Source: the human T2T-CHM13v2.0 reference genome, Homo sapiens. Taken from it: a stretch of 64,000 nucleotides of DNA. Below the pieces are notes generated by a model, which had not been told where the DNA came from, did not search any database, and saw nothing but the letters and a program-made list of their open reading frames with translations. The translations under genes were made by a program, and so were the position numbers. The DNA is taken from the NCBI RefSeq assembly GCF_009914755.1, contig NC_060931.1. The stretch is one strand, 5' to 3'. Of the stretch, positions 39,081-53,600 are shown piece after piece (positions within the stretch are counted from its first letter, which is position 1; every line of letters starts with the position of its first letter).

Positions 39081-40055
39081 GGAAGCTGATTTTTAAAATA
39101 CTGAGATCATATAGATGACAGCACCTGAAAAGTAAACACCAAGCTTTATGTTAAAAGGTGTGAGGGTATAAATATTGTTGTGGCTATTGGGGAGGAAAAC
39201 ATTAGTAAAACCAGTGAGTTAAAGCTATTGCTTTAAACTTTGGTTTTAATTTAACAAATGTTCTCTGGGGCGACAGTATATATGTAACCATGCTATGGCC
39301 ATTTACAGATGCAGTAGAGGGAAGAATTTCTCAAAGACAACTGTTCTAAAATTGAAATTAAACCATACTGGGTTTGAAAAGAGAAAGTCCAGAAATTACC
39401 AAGTATTTTAGATGTCAGATAAAAGAGAATGCCAGGTATGCGATGATAATCAGCAATGGTTGTTCACACAATACATCAAATCAGGATTTGAATTAGCTTT
39501 TGAATTACAAGGACAAATGGATAAATTCTTGACTCTTTAGTAGATAAATCTTATTAGGCTGAGATGTGTTTTCCCCTGTTTTTCCACAAGGAGATTACAA
39601 ATTTGCAAACCTCAGCTGCTCTCATTTTATGCTCTCACCAAGCCAAAAGCTGAAGTTCATAAATCAGTGTGTCTAAGTGTTCACCAGTTATATACCATTT
39701 TGTAGTTTAAGCTAACTTTCCAACTTCCTAAATCATCACCTTCATTTGATCTTGTTTTTTTCCACTATCACTTCTTTATTGACCATATAAAGAATATAAG
39801 TAAGTTCTTATTTTGTTATTGTTCATTTTAGTCTAATTTCATCAAAATATCATAATCCTTTAATTTCATTTTAATTTCAAAGATTAAATGAAACCTACAT
39901 AGAAATGAAAGATTTGCATTTGCGTTATTTTGGCATCAATTTGCTATCCTCCCTCATTCAGATAGAGATCATTTCCATGTATGTGATTTCAAACATCCAA
40001 GTGCAGTATTAAAAGCAGTTGTAAATTATGGTTCTCATTTTCATGATACAATTAC

Positions 40056-40862
<807 letters not shown>

Positions 40863-40952
40863 GCAGACATAATCTATTTACCTGCAGATTAAAGTGTTCT
40901 TTATTTTTCTGCCTCCCCCTCTTAATTTTTTTTAAATAATATGAATTGTAGT

Positions 40953-41569
40953 AAAGAGAAAGAAAGAAAAGAAAAGAAAGAAAGAAAAAAGAAGGAAGGA
41001 AGGAAAGAAAGAAAGAAAAGAAGGAGGAAATGAGAGAAGGAAGGGAGGGAAGGAGGAAGGGAGAAAGGCAGGAAGGGACTAAAAAGAAAGCAAGAACACA
41101 AGAAAGAAAGAGAAAGAAAGAAGAGAAAGTGAGAAAGAAAGAAAGGAAGGGAGGAAGGAAAGGAGGAAGAGAGAATGGGAAAAGGGAGGAAGGCAAAGAA
41201 ACAAAGAAAATAAATAGAAGGAAGGAAAAAGGAGGAAAGGAAGGGAGCGAGGAAGGAATAAAAGGAGGGAGGGAGGAAAGGAGAAAAGGAAAGAAAACAA
41301 GAAAGTGAGAAAGAAAGAATAAGAGAAAAGAAGGAAGAAAAGGGAGGGAGAAAGGAAGGGAGGGAGGAGGGAAGGAAGAATAAGAGAAAAGGAAGGAAGG
41401 AGAAAAAAAAGAAAGAGGAAAAGAAAAAGGAAGAGAAAAGGAAGGAAGGAGAAAAAAAAGAAAGAGGAAAAGAAAAAGGAAAAGAAAAGGAAGAGGAAAA
41501 GAAGAAAGGAAGGAAGAAGGCAAGGGAAGGGAAGAGAAGAGAAAGGAAGATGGAAAGAAGGAAGGAAGA
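40953..41569 (+). repeat. ~620 bp GA-rich polypurine low-complexity tract
   Basis: Almost pure A/G (GAAA, GGAA units); source of spurious F/L/S/P-rich ORFs. Confidence 0.95.
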
Positions 41570-42479
41570 CCGCAAATATTAGAAATTCTGGGTTTGTTAG
41601 AGAATATGCCATACTGTTTTTTTTTTTTCACTTGAAAGAGTATCTGCCATTGAAGATTGGATGTCTTGTTGGTGATATTGTTCTTATCTTCCATATGATT
41701 ACTGAGTTTGTGCCTAGTCTGTCCATTACTAAGACAAAAGTGTTGAAGTCTGCAAATATAATTTTGGATTTTTCTAGTTCGCCTTTGATTTCCTTCCTGT
41801 TTTGCCTCATGTATTTGGAGGTTCTGTTGTTAGCTGCATACCCTAATTAGTAGGATGTTTACATCTTCTTGAGAATTGATTATTGTATTATCTATTATCT
41901 CTCATCTCTGATACTATTTCTTGTTCTGAACTCTGTTGTGTCTAATATCAATGTAGTCTTTCCACAGCTTTATTTTAGTGTTTCCATGATATGGCTTTCT
42001 CCATATCTTGATGATAACCTATTTATATCTCTATATATTTGGAGCAAGATATAAAATTTAGACTTGATTTTTTAAAGATTTTTCAAGATGTAATTCTTAT
42101 TTATTTTTGTTCTATTTGACATTCTCTGAGTTTCCTATATCTGAAGTTTGATTTTCTGTCACTTCTTTTAGAATATTTTTGGCAGTTATTTTGAAAATAT
42201 TTCTTTTGCTCCGTTATTTTTTCCTCTTTTCTTTTTGGAATTTCAATTGTAACTAGGGTAGGTAATTTCATCTCAGTCTTATGCAGGTACTTTTTCTCAG
42301 GGTCCCAGGAATGTAGCCTTCTCACACTTCTGTTCTTTTCCTGGCTGTGTTGGTGAGCTCAGTGGTATTCCTCCTTCACCTTCAAGAGCAGTTTTGTTTT
42401 TCCTGTTTTCATACTCCCAGCATCAGGAGTATTCTAAGTGTGGCAGTTTTTGTTGCCTTCCCCTATATATTAAGTGGAA

Positions 42480-42760
42480 TATCTTGGTCTATTTGGACTC
42501 TTATAACAAAATAACATGAACTGGGTGACTAAAAAACAACAGATATTTCTTTTTTCACACTTCTTGAGGCTGTAAGATCTCAGGTCAAGATGCTCACAAA
42601 TTCAGTGTTGATGAGAGCCCATTTCATGGTTCATAGATGGTGCCTTCTTTCTATGTCCTCACATAGTGGAAGGCACACAAGAACTCCATTGAGCTTCTTT
42701 TATAAAGGCACTAATCCCATTCATAAGGGCTCGGCCCCCAAGACCTGGTCACCTCCCAAG
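42480..42760 (-). mobile_element. MLT1A/MST-like LTR fragment
   Basis: ataacaaaataacatgaactgggtgact..aacaacaga, tataaaggcactaatcccattcata. Confidence 0.7.
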
Positions 42761-44439
42761 TGTTCTGCTCTCCCTGATCTGTATCATATACAGACTCTCT
42801 TGGATTCCTTACCAATTGCTTGAGAGATCACAGTGGGTTTGGGGGGAAAAGTTTTCAAGATGATGGATCTTTCCCAACTTCTGCAGCTGTCAGCGGTCTC
42901 CCAATCTGACCGGCCCCACTTTGTCTTCAGGAATTTATTGATTATTCCAGCTTTACTTGTCATAGTGGTGTCTATTTGCATCTGTCCTATGTAAGTGCAT
43001 CTGTCCTCTTTCTCCTTGCAGGTGCTTGTTTTCCCTCACATTTTGACTCAGTTCTTGGCAACCTGGTTGCTATAAAAATAAAGTCATGACTTTGAAGTTA
43101 GTTGGGTTCTTTCATTGTTGTAAGGTTAGGAGCCCTATTCCATCCCAGCTCTCCAAAACCCAGAATTTTTGGGGGGTTGAAATTTTAGGCTTTCTCTTTG
43201 AATTGTAGTTTTATCTTATTTCAGTTACAATTTGCATTTTCATAATGATTAATGAGACTAAGCTTTTTTTGTGTAGTTGACTGTACCTTTGGATTTTTTT
43301 CCCAAATCCCTTTTCATTTCTTATTTTCTTTATGGTTTTAGAAAATGTAGTTTACATAATTGCAGCTGGATTTTTTCCTCAGTTAATGGCATGCTTAGTG
43401 GAGAGAAAAAAGATTAACTATATTTCCCTTTTTAATTACTGTGCTTTTTTCTTTTTTAAGGTAATATTTCATTACATTAAATTTTAGTGTTATTCTACTG
43501 AGCTATTCCTTAAATATTATAGTATTTTGGATTTCACATATAAATTTGTAACACATCTTGAGTTTATTATGTATAGAATAAGGCTATTTTCTTTTTTTGT
43601 TTGTTTTTTAAGGTAAAAATCACATAATATAAAATTAATAACAACCATTTTAAAGCATACAATGCAGTTGCTTTTAGTATATTCACAATGTTCCAGGACA
43701 ATTTCATCATGTCCCTTCTAAAAACCCATTATCCATAAAGTTGTTACACCCTATTCTGCTTCCCTGAGCCCTAATGACCACTAATCTGATTTATATCCCA
43801 ATTGATTTGCCAATTCCTGATGTTTCATCTGAATAAAATCAGGTAATATTTGTCTTTTTGTGCACTTAATGCTTTCAAATTTCACCCACATTATACCATG
43901 TATAAGTACTTCTTTCTTTGTTATAGCTAAAAATTGGGTGTCCATTTATGAGTCAACAAGCCTATGGATTGTTTCCACTTTTTGACTGTATGATTATTAC
44001 TGCTGTAAATATTCATGCACATGTTTGTTATTTGAGCACCTATGTTTTGTAAGATTAACAGCTGACTTAACAGAAACAATGGAAGGCAAGAGGCAGTAGA
44101 ATAATATATTCAAAAGATGCAAAGGAAAAAAAACTGTCAGCCACCAATTCCTTATCCAGCAATTATTTTTCAAAAATGAAGATAACACAAAGACTTTGCC
44201 AGATAAACAGAAATATTAATTGAAGTTGTTGCTGGCAGACCTACCATACAAAAAAAAAAAAACAAAAACAAAAACACCAAAATAAATTCCTAAGGCTAAA
44301 AGCAAGTTACACAAGACAGTCATTTGAATCCACATTTTTAAAAAAGCACTGGTATAGGTAATATTAACATTATAAAAGACAGTAGAAATGCATCTTTTCT
44401 CTTTATCATAAATTGTTTATAAAATAATATGTGTATAAT

Positions 44440-44748
44440 GGCCGGGTACGATGGCTCACGCCTGTAATCTCAGCACTTTGGGAGGCTGAGGCGGGTGTAT
44501 TACGAGGCCAGGAGATCGAGACCATCCTGGCTAACACAGTGAAACCCCGTCTCTACTAAAAATACAAAAAATTAGCCGGGCGTGATGGCGGGCGCCTGTA
44601 GTCCCAGCTACTCAGGAGGCTGAAGCAGAAGAATGGCATGAAGCCGGGGGATGCAGCTTGCAGTGAGCGGAGCTCACTGGAGTGGCACTGGAGTGCCACT
44701 GCACTCCAGCCTGGGTGACAGAGGGAGACTCTGTCTCAATGATAATAA
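44440..44748 (+). mobile_element. AluY; last Alu in the window
   Basis: gagatcgagaccatcctggctaacac and cttgcagtgag diagnostics; flanked by similar ataatatgtg(t/c)ataat sequences. Confidence 0.9.
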
Positions 44749-45536
44749 TATGTGCATAATGTATTGCTGAGTATTTGACATGTAGAAATGTAATATGTCT
44801 ATAACATATTTCCCAGTAACATCAAAAAGGAGGTAGTTGGAAGAAAAATGTATCGTGATAAGATAATCACTCTAGATGGTAAAGTGATAATTACTAAAAT
44901 GTATTGTTGGCTTTGTAACTTTAATAGATGTAATGTGTAAAGTGATAATACTTTCAAATGGAGGAAATAAAAGAGATTTGTATAAGAATGATGTTTCTAT
45001 GTATTACTAAAAGTTTACTAGTATAAATTGGAAGATGATTTGAGTAATTAATTTTCCATATACCTACATGGTAAACTTACAACAACAACAAAAATTCTCA
45101 AAAATATATAGTAAAATATTTCGTTAGTAATCTAAAGTTCCCTATTTTAGAAAATATTCATTCATTGCAAAATAAAGCAATAAAGAAAAATATTTGAGAA
45201 ATATACAAAACAAATAGTAAAATGGCAGACAAATAGAATTATACCAATTATAATATTAAATGTGAGCAGATTAAAATCCAATCAACAGGCAGAGATTGTC
45301 AGACTGGATTAAAACAAGTGATCCCAATATACGCTGAGATGCAAGGATACTAATGGATTGAAAGTAAAAAGATGACAAAAAATATGCAAAGAGCAATCGT
45401 AAAAACACTGAACTCATTATACTCATAACACAATATAGACTATTAAAAATGTGAATAGGATTTTTAAAATTTTTATTGTAGGAATAAGGGGGTCAACGCT
45501 TTAGGAAGACATAGCTATTACAATCATGTATGCACA

Positions 45537-45962
45537 GATTTGAGCTAAATTGTTTCCTCTATACAGATGCTGAAATCCTAACCACTGAATATGACCTCAT
45601 TAGGAAATAGGTTCCTTGCAGGTGATCAAGTTAAGATGATATGAGATGAGCTTGAATTCAATATGACTGATGTCCTTATAAAAAGAAGAAATTTGAGTAG
45701 AGGGAGACATACACACAGGGAGAGTGCCATGTGATTATGAGGGCAGAGGTTAGCCAAGGAATGCCAAAGACTGCCACAAAACCACCAGAAGCTAGAAACA
45801 AGGCATAGAACAGACTTTCTCTCATAGCCCTTGAAGGGACCATCCCTGCCGACACCTCAATCTCAGACTTTTAGCTTCCAGGACTATAAGGCAATAAATG
45901 TATGTTGTTCAAGGCACCCAGTTTGTGTTACTTGGTTATGGCAGCCCTAGAAAACTAATACA
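45537..45962 (+). mobile_element. MLT1B/C-like LTR
   Basis: agccaaggaatgccaaaga..ccaccagaagctaga; ends ttatggcagccctagaaaactaataca. Confidence 0.8.
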
Positions 45963-48900
45963 TGAACTAACAACAAAGCATAAGAACATGAAGCAAAAAT
46001 TCACAAAAGAGGAGCATCAGCAAAATGGCAGTGGAGACAGCTGCAATCTTTCATTTCCCCACAGAAACATCACACAACTAAGAGAAACTGTCCGAATAAA
46101 CTTTGCCAAAACTCTGGAAAATGGTCAAAAGATTACAACAACCAAGTGAAAGCAGACTCAAGGAAAAGACAACTGGAAAACTTTACGACATTTTTAACTT
46201 GCCTTTGCCCCAGCAAATTGGCAGTTCTGAAGTGTCAGAAGCCCACGTTCCCAGTGAGGAAGCCTGGTCCATCGCCCAAAGGAACAAGAGAAGATCTTAC
46301 CCGCAAATTATTATGTGTCTGTTCTGACTGGTCTGGGGGATACCTGAAGGACTAGTGAAAGGCTTTTTTTTTTTTTTTCTGTGTTGCTAGAATACAGAAC
46401 AGATAAGGAATGGACATTATTAAGAAACTCAGCAAGGAGACCTAACAAACCACAGACGCTTAGGGCAAAAATTAGAGTTTACACATATAGTAGATCACCT
46501 TCGGCACAGGAAGAAAAGTTGGAGAAGAGTATTTGGAAAACTAAGACATTCAAAATCATTCACGTACATGGGAGAGTCTAGAAAGTCACATGTATGCATA
46601 GGTTAAGCCACATGATGACAAATGTCATAAGAAGAGCCTACACTTTTACCTTGGCCGATCCCTCCCCTCAGTGCAAGCTCTGTGCAAGAGTGAACTTGAA
46701 CTTCACTCAGTGCAAGAGTGAACATACACTTTGTGCCAGCTTTAAAGAACCCAGCACAAAGCCAGTCTGCATGGCCTAGAGACATATTTTGCTGGCTAAT
46801 GATTACTTGTTTTTCTTTTTGTTTTTGTTGTATTTGCCTGTTTGCTTAGTTCCTGACATACAAGAAAATCACTGTCAAAACATTAGCTTAACATTTGTTA
46901 AGGAAACAAAAAGACTTCGGTGACCGCACCTTATAAAGCAAACAGTTTTGTAAATCACTTTGGAAAATTTCACTAAAAATAGAAACTTTAACAATATAAT
47001 AAGTAAATAAAATTTAGAACCACAAAACATTAGTGTGTTTGTAGGGGGGGGTCTGCCCAGAGTAACCACATAGTAATTATAGTTATTATAATGTCCAGTT
47101 TTCAAAAAAAGTTACAAGGCATACAAAGAATGGGAAAGTATGGCTCATTCAAAGGAACAAAATAAATTGACAGAAAATATCTCTAAGGAAACCCAGACAT
47201 CAAACTTACTACACAAAGACTTTTAAACAACTCTCTTAATTATACTCAAATGTCAAAAAGAAAACATAAACAGAGAAATAAAGGAATTAGAAAAAATATT
47301 AAAAAGTAGGAATATCAACAAAGAGATAACAGAAATTCCTGAGTGGAAAACTACAATGATAAAAATTAAAAAATCAACAGAGGGATTTAAGAGTACATTT
47401 GCACACGCAGAAGAAGTCATGAACTTGAAGATAAGAAAATGGAAAATACTGACTCTGAGAAACAGAAAGAATAAAAAATAAAAAATGAGCAGAGACTAAG
47501 GAATCTGTGGGACACCATCAAATAGACCAACATTCATATTCCAGAAGGATAAATTATGTTAAAAACTTTACCATTCTTTCTTTCCACCTTTCTTTCTTCC
47601 TCCCTCCCCCTCCTCTTTTTACTTTTCTTCCTCTTCCTTTCTCTTCTTCTCTCCTTCATTATCCCTTTCGCTCTGTTTCTTTCTCCCTTTCTCTTTTTTC
47701 TTTTCTTTCAACTTTCCCAATTACTAAGAGATGTTTAAATACCCTTACCATGTTAGTAGATATGGTTATTTCTCCCTTTAGTTCTCTTTTGAGATTTATA
47801 GTCATTCTAAGTAAAGAGATAACCCAAACATAAGCCTCACAAACAGGCTTCCATACCATTCTTAATTTGGTCCTGTAATTCTTCATTGCTGTATTAACTT
47901 TCTGATGCTTTTAAGGATGTTTTATAACAAATTGTTTAGTTTTTTCCAATGGAATGTTTATTCTGAATTCTCTAATTCATATTGTACGTATATAGGGAGT
48001 TTAATATAAAATTATTCAACTAACACTTCTGAAAGAATGTATTTGTGCATTTAACAAATATGTTAATCCTCAAACTGTTATTGGGCAGCTGAGCATACAG
48101 CAGTAAAAATAGCATAATTTTTAGGTGTACAATATTTATGGAATACATTACTGGAACAAATAAATAATTTAGTTAATGACATCACAAAAAACAGTTGTAT
48201 ACACTATAGAGCATAGTAATGGAATAATGAGTGATTACAGTTATTAATATTAGGTAGAAAATGAAGGGTATCTTTGAGAGCAGAACTCAAGGAAGCAAGC
48301 AATTCACCTTGTGAGGAAAGAGTTACCTGTGGATAAAGAAGAAACTGAAAAATTTACAAGTCAAGACTTTTTGAACAAAAACAAAAATATGACTATTAGT
48401 CACCAATTCAGTACAGTGAAAAAAAATTTGAAGAGATATCTTGGAAGTAAACCATGTTGTGGAAGAGCATGTAGGGTTTTGATAATCATGGGATGATTCT
48501 GAATTAATTTTAAATGCGATAGGAATGTATGAGATAATTTCACCAGAGAATAACATGATTGTGTTTGCATTTCAAAGGGGTGTATCTGGTGCACTGTGTA
48601 GAATAAATGGTTATGTGAGCAAATAAATTGGGAGGCTATTGTAATCCAGAGAAAAAAGGTAGTGACTTAGGTGAGAATGCTGTGAGTATGAGTGGTATTA
48701 GTGGTGAGAAGTCGTTAGGCCAGGATGTATTTCATAGGACTGGCCAAGAGAACTGCAGCTAAATTGGAGTGTAGGGAGTGAAATGGAGAACTCAAAGATG
48801 ACTCTCAGCACTGGAAGGTGACATCTGTCACTGAAGCATGCTGATGCCTCTTATTAAGAGAGTTACTTGGGAATGGCAAGATCAAAACTTCTCACTTTCA

Positions 48901-51226
48901 ATTTTATGAAAAATATTGTTTTCAGAATGAATGACTTTGGGATCAGAAAGCCATCATTCTAATTGATGGTTCCACGACTACACAGGCTCACACTCCTAAG
49001 AGCAAAAGTAAATCATCACAAAGGTGCTTCCTGATAATTCTAGAGAATGGAGAATTACTGTAACATCTTTCTGATTTTAGGAGAGGTAGCAGTTCCCTTT
49101 TTAGCCTAAACGCTATTTTTTTTAAAGCTCAGCCAAGAGACTCCATTGTAATTTTCAAATGTGTGTAACTTAAATTCTCATATTAAATACCACTATGCTT
49201 AAATTAGTCAAAACATTTTCCCCATCTACAACTCTATCTTTTCACTGCAATCATTTTCACAAAAGTGACTGCAGCTAACAGACCCTAAAAGGGGAAAATC
49301 TAGGGTAGGTTATCTGATCTAGTTAGTTTTGAAGACAGGATCTAGAGATTATTTCACATGAAATAGGTCACCTGAAATGAAGTGTTTACTGAAAACAGCT
49401 TGGATCAGCCCAGTTTTCTACCACTGAACCATGCATTTGGTTTAAAAAACACAACAACTCTAGGGAATATTTGCTGCTTCCAACTGTGTTGAAGGTGTAA
49501 AAGAAAAGAGCATAAAATTATAAATGATCGTCTGAGGGCTTTATAGTCTTTGCTCAAGAGACTAGAGTCTTCCATTCTTAACGAAACACCCAAATATCTT
49601 AATAATCGGGCAAAATCTAAATATCAGAGAGATAATTTTATCTTGAAGATTGTTAAATTATAATGGTGATTCACTACCTTGCCACGTCTCTGAGTCAAAA
49701 ATTAGATCTTTGTTTAGGAATCAATAGTACTCTGCAACTTGGAAATAGGAAGATTTTAGAAGACTCAAACATTGACTTTCTTGTGTGCAAAAAAAAGACG
49801 TATTGAGATAAGACAAGTCTTTCCTTGCAAGGATACCTCTAATGCTCATACACCACCTCCCCTGACGTTAATATAACTTCCAGATCACTAACCAGTGTCA
49901 GAGAGCAGCCTATGCAACTATAAATTCAAAAGATGTCGAACACAGGGTCAAGCCTAGAATAAGAAGTCTTAGCTAATTAAGTATGCTTTTTTCCCCAGAT
50001 CCATATTAACAAAAACTTGGATATGTCAGAGAATGCATTCTAAGTTCACTCAACCTAGGAGGGACAAACATAATTTTAAATTAAGAGCTGAAGCATTCTT
50101 GTCCTAACAAAAAGCAAGGAAAACGAAATATCACACCGCAAGAGGGATTTCACAAGTTAGTGTCAACATCCAAACCTTAAAATAGGCAAGGAAAATGCAG
50201 ATTCACAATTAACTCTTGTACTTGTTTTGTTCAGAGAAGAGATGGTTCTGAGAGAATGACAGTGAATTAACCCTAGCTGGTTTAGTTGGTACTTTCAATT
50301 GCTGCTTCTGATAAACTCCTTTAGCTAGAATAAATCTATGAGGATTTTGGCATTTGGTATTAGAGATGGTTATTAATTTTTTCCTCTTATTTGCATTGTT
50401 CAATGTAGTAAATACTAGCTGTATATGGCTACTTAAATTCAAATTAATTACAATGAAATATACTTAAATATTGAATTTTTTAGTCACTGTCGGTTCATTA
50501 CTGAATATCTTCAGCTAAGATTTCCCAACTAAATACACTAAGAGGTGGCTTAGTTAACTGGTCCTCCACAAATATCGAGGCTGTTGTTAACTCCTGATAT
50601 ATTCTCTGCAAATAGTATATTCATGAACAACCTCCTGAAACCAGCAGCCTAGAGATAATTTTATAAATTGGACACAAGTTGGAAATCTATACTCTTAAAG
50701 TTTTTGAAATATCAGCTTCCCTGGGAAGACAATCAAATTCATAAGATATGTTAGGACAATTTAACTCAAGATGTTCAAAACTGAAATGACATATTCTACA
50801 ATTTGTGATAAAACCACCCCCTAACAACTTAAAGCAAAACAGGGATTGACCTTAAAGACCTGCCTTTTCCTCATCCCCTAGCCAATCAGTTTTCAAATCT
50901 TGCATTTTATTTTGAAAGGTCTTTATTCCCCTAGTCTCTTGTTTCTAGACTTGGCACATGTTTAAGTTTGTTACCTCTATCTACTGACTTTCCTCTCTTC
51001 AAACAGTATCTATGCCTGCCAAATGTGAACATACAAAAAACAAATCAGAATGTGCCATTCGGATTTAAACTGCTTATTAGTTAATACCCTCAAGATAACA
51101 TCTGGGTTCTTAGCTGCACTGAGTCAAGCCTACTTACATCTTTTTTTGTCTTCGGCTGCACTTTTCCTATCACATCACACTCCAGCAATGCCAAGCCGTG
51201 CCGGCCTTCTACCCCATTTCCACTAT

Positions 51227-51508
51227 TTTGCCCCCGCCGCCATGGCTTTTTGCCCCCACAGCCGCGGCTTTCTCCCGCTGCGGCTTTCTGCCCCCACACC
51301 GCGGCTTTTGCAGCTTTTTGCCTCCGCCGCCGCGGCGTTTTGGTCCCCGCCGCCGCGGCTTTTTGCCCCCGCCGCCGCGCCTTTTTGCCGCCGCGGCTTT
51401 TTGCCCGCCGCTGCCACGGCTTTCTGCCCGTCGCGGCTTTTGGCCCCCCGCTGCCGCGGCTTTTCGCCCCCCGCTGCCGCGGCTTTTCGCCCGCTGCGGC
51501 TTTTTGCA
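51227..51508. repeat. GC-rich tandem repeat (CCCCCGCCGCCGCGGCTTTTTG)n, about 14 degenerate units
   Basis: Directly visible. Resembles the GCTTTTTGC/CAAAAAG repeat class described at human pericentromeric duplication boundaries. Confidence 0.88.
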
Positions 51509-51689
51509 TTTTCTAAAAAATTATTACCTTATTAGGGTTTTTTTTTTTTTTTTTACCCTGCAAGAACATGAGCTTTATGTAGGAAGAGATTTTGTTTCAT
51601 TCACAGCTGCATCTCAGTGCCTTGGGTGGCATCTGGCACAAATAGGCTTCCTTAAAATATTTGTGGAATAAATGAAAGAATTAAATTCA

Positions 51690-52760
51690 GCTTATTTTCT
51701 GCTCTTTGTCAAGCACTAGCTATTAGATGTCAAGGACATGTTCGTGAGCAAAACGAAAATGGTTATTGTCCTCATGGGGCTTATAGTCTAATTGGGAAGG
51801 TGAATAATTTAACACAGTTCCTGCAATGCAATGTGTTATGTTAACTGAATAGCCAGCATATAGCAGGGAGAACTGATGTAGCCTAAGGGCGAAGATGGGT
51901 GTCATTGAAGTTGAGACTAAAATATGAGCAGAATTAAGAAAAAGAGGTTATCAGTAGTAGTATTATTTTAACCAGAGGGTGGCACAAAGAGCAGTGGGCA
52001 AGAGAAAGGATGGCAGTTGTAGAGACTAGGAGAGGGGGATAGTAAGAGAGTAAGGATAGAGACCTAGGCAAGGGACAGATCATATAAGACTTTATATGTG
52101 TCAAGAGGCAGTTGAAAAATGTTTTGAAAGTCAATGAATGGGCACCAGAAGGTATTAAGCAGAATAATAGAATCACCATCTTAGAAAGATTATTCTGGCT
52201 GTAGTATGGATAATGTATTGGTGAGGCATAACACTGGAGGAAGGGAGACCCATGAGATACTACAGTAATTTTCCAGAAATGATAGTGGCCCAGCCTATGA
52301 TGGTTGCACTGTACTAGGAATGGACAGAAGTAGATGGATATATTAATAAAAAGACATTTTAGGGATATATGTAGGGCTTGGCAATTAATTGGATGTTTAA
52401 GGAGAGGACAAATCAAGGATGATGCCTTGATTCTTGGCATGGGAAATTCGGTCATTGATTGAAAGAGCATTCCTGATATAATGAATGATTGGGGAAGAGG
52501 GGGAAGGAGGATGATGAATTTTGTGGGATATACTGAGTTTAAGGAGCCTATGAGATATACAGCTGCAGATGTCTGGGAAAGGTTAGTTGGTTATGTGAGT
52601 CTGAAGCTAAGAATACAAGGTCTTGCTGAGACAGAGAATTGGGGCCTCACTAGTATATTAATGGGACTTGGTGAGACAGATTCAGAAAGTATGTGGGGTG
52701 GAAATTGCAGAGGGCCTGAGATAGAGCCTTGAGGACTCAGAAATGTGTTGAAGGAGAGGA
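51690..52760 (-). mobile_element. Old L2 element
   Basis: ctcatggggcttatagtcta, ggatgatgccttgattcttggc, tactgagtttaaggagcct and similar reverse L2 motifs. Confidence 0.7.
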
Positions 52761-53355
52761 CCCTGGCATTCCAGTTTCTCTAGAAATCGTTTTCCCTGTC
52801 CATAAGTGGAGCCCCTCCGGCCATGTCTCTATTCTACAACCCTGATCCTCTCCCTGGTGTCTCTTCAGCCACAACTGATTGATTTAACACTGAGCTCTTC
52901 ACTAAAGCTAAATTATCAGAGTCCTTCCGAGTAATATCTAAAATGGGAGTGAAAGGAGGAGGATCATTCTCTCTCAGGGGGTGGGAGGCAGTAGTTTGAG
53001 GCTGTGAGATATGAGGCTGGGAAGTTTCCACCACAAGGGGGAAGCTGACCTGGAAGAATAATACTGACTTGTGCAACAGAATAAAGGTGGCAGATGGAAA
53101 GAGTTCTGATGGTGATGAGGACCTTAACCAGGCTTTTCTTGTAGATATGTGAGATAGTTCAAGGTTCTCCTAATTATGTTTTCCCATTTTTAGCTAGCAA
53201 CCTAGAGTCCAGACTAGTACATTATAATAATAGTTGCCTCATAGAGCGGTTGGGAAGTTAAAGGAAATAATATGCATAAAGATTATTGCCTGCTACATAG
53301 GGAATATAACAGATACTGTTGCTTACTGATTTAACAACTTCCTTTTCTTTGAAGC

Positions 53356-53600
53356 CAGCACGTCTGATAGAACTTTCTGAGGTGAAGAAGATTTTTCCAT
53401 ATCTGCATTGTTTAATAGAGCAGCCATTAGTGACATGTGGCTATTGGTCACTTGATGGAATATGGCTAGTGCAAACTGAAAAAATTGAATTTCAAATTGT
53501 ATTTAACTTTAATTACTTTACACTTAAATGTAAATGTAACTTTGATTTCTTTACATTTAAATGTGGCTAATGACTATCATATTGGACAGCAGAAGTCTAG
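53356..53600. mobile_element. MER3 (hAT-Charlie) element
   Basis: atagaactttctg..acatgtggctattg..gtggctaatgactatcatattggacagca. Confidence 0.75.

Larger units (their letters stand above)
41640..47540. mobile_element. Fragmented old L1 (L1M) pieces in both orientations
   Basis: Endonuclease-like remnant (KSKIIFADFNTF..MDR, 41628..41810 -), aggcagagattgtcagactggat (~45290 +), ORF1-like gagactaaggaatctgtgggacaccatcaaatagaccaaca (~47500 +). Confidence 0.65.

Noticed and set aside
44672-44705. Short cactggagtg reiteration inside AluY, and similar micro-duplications at 14613-14652 and 46668-46725
   Set aside because: Ordinary slippage-scale duplications with no evident function.
51050-51671. Ala/Pro/Arg-rich ORFs on both strands; repeat array superficially CRISPR-like
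   Set aside because: Produced by a degenerate GC-rich tandem repeat; there are no unique spacers and the context is eukaryotic.
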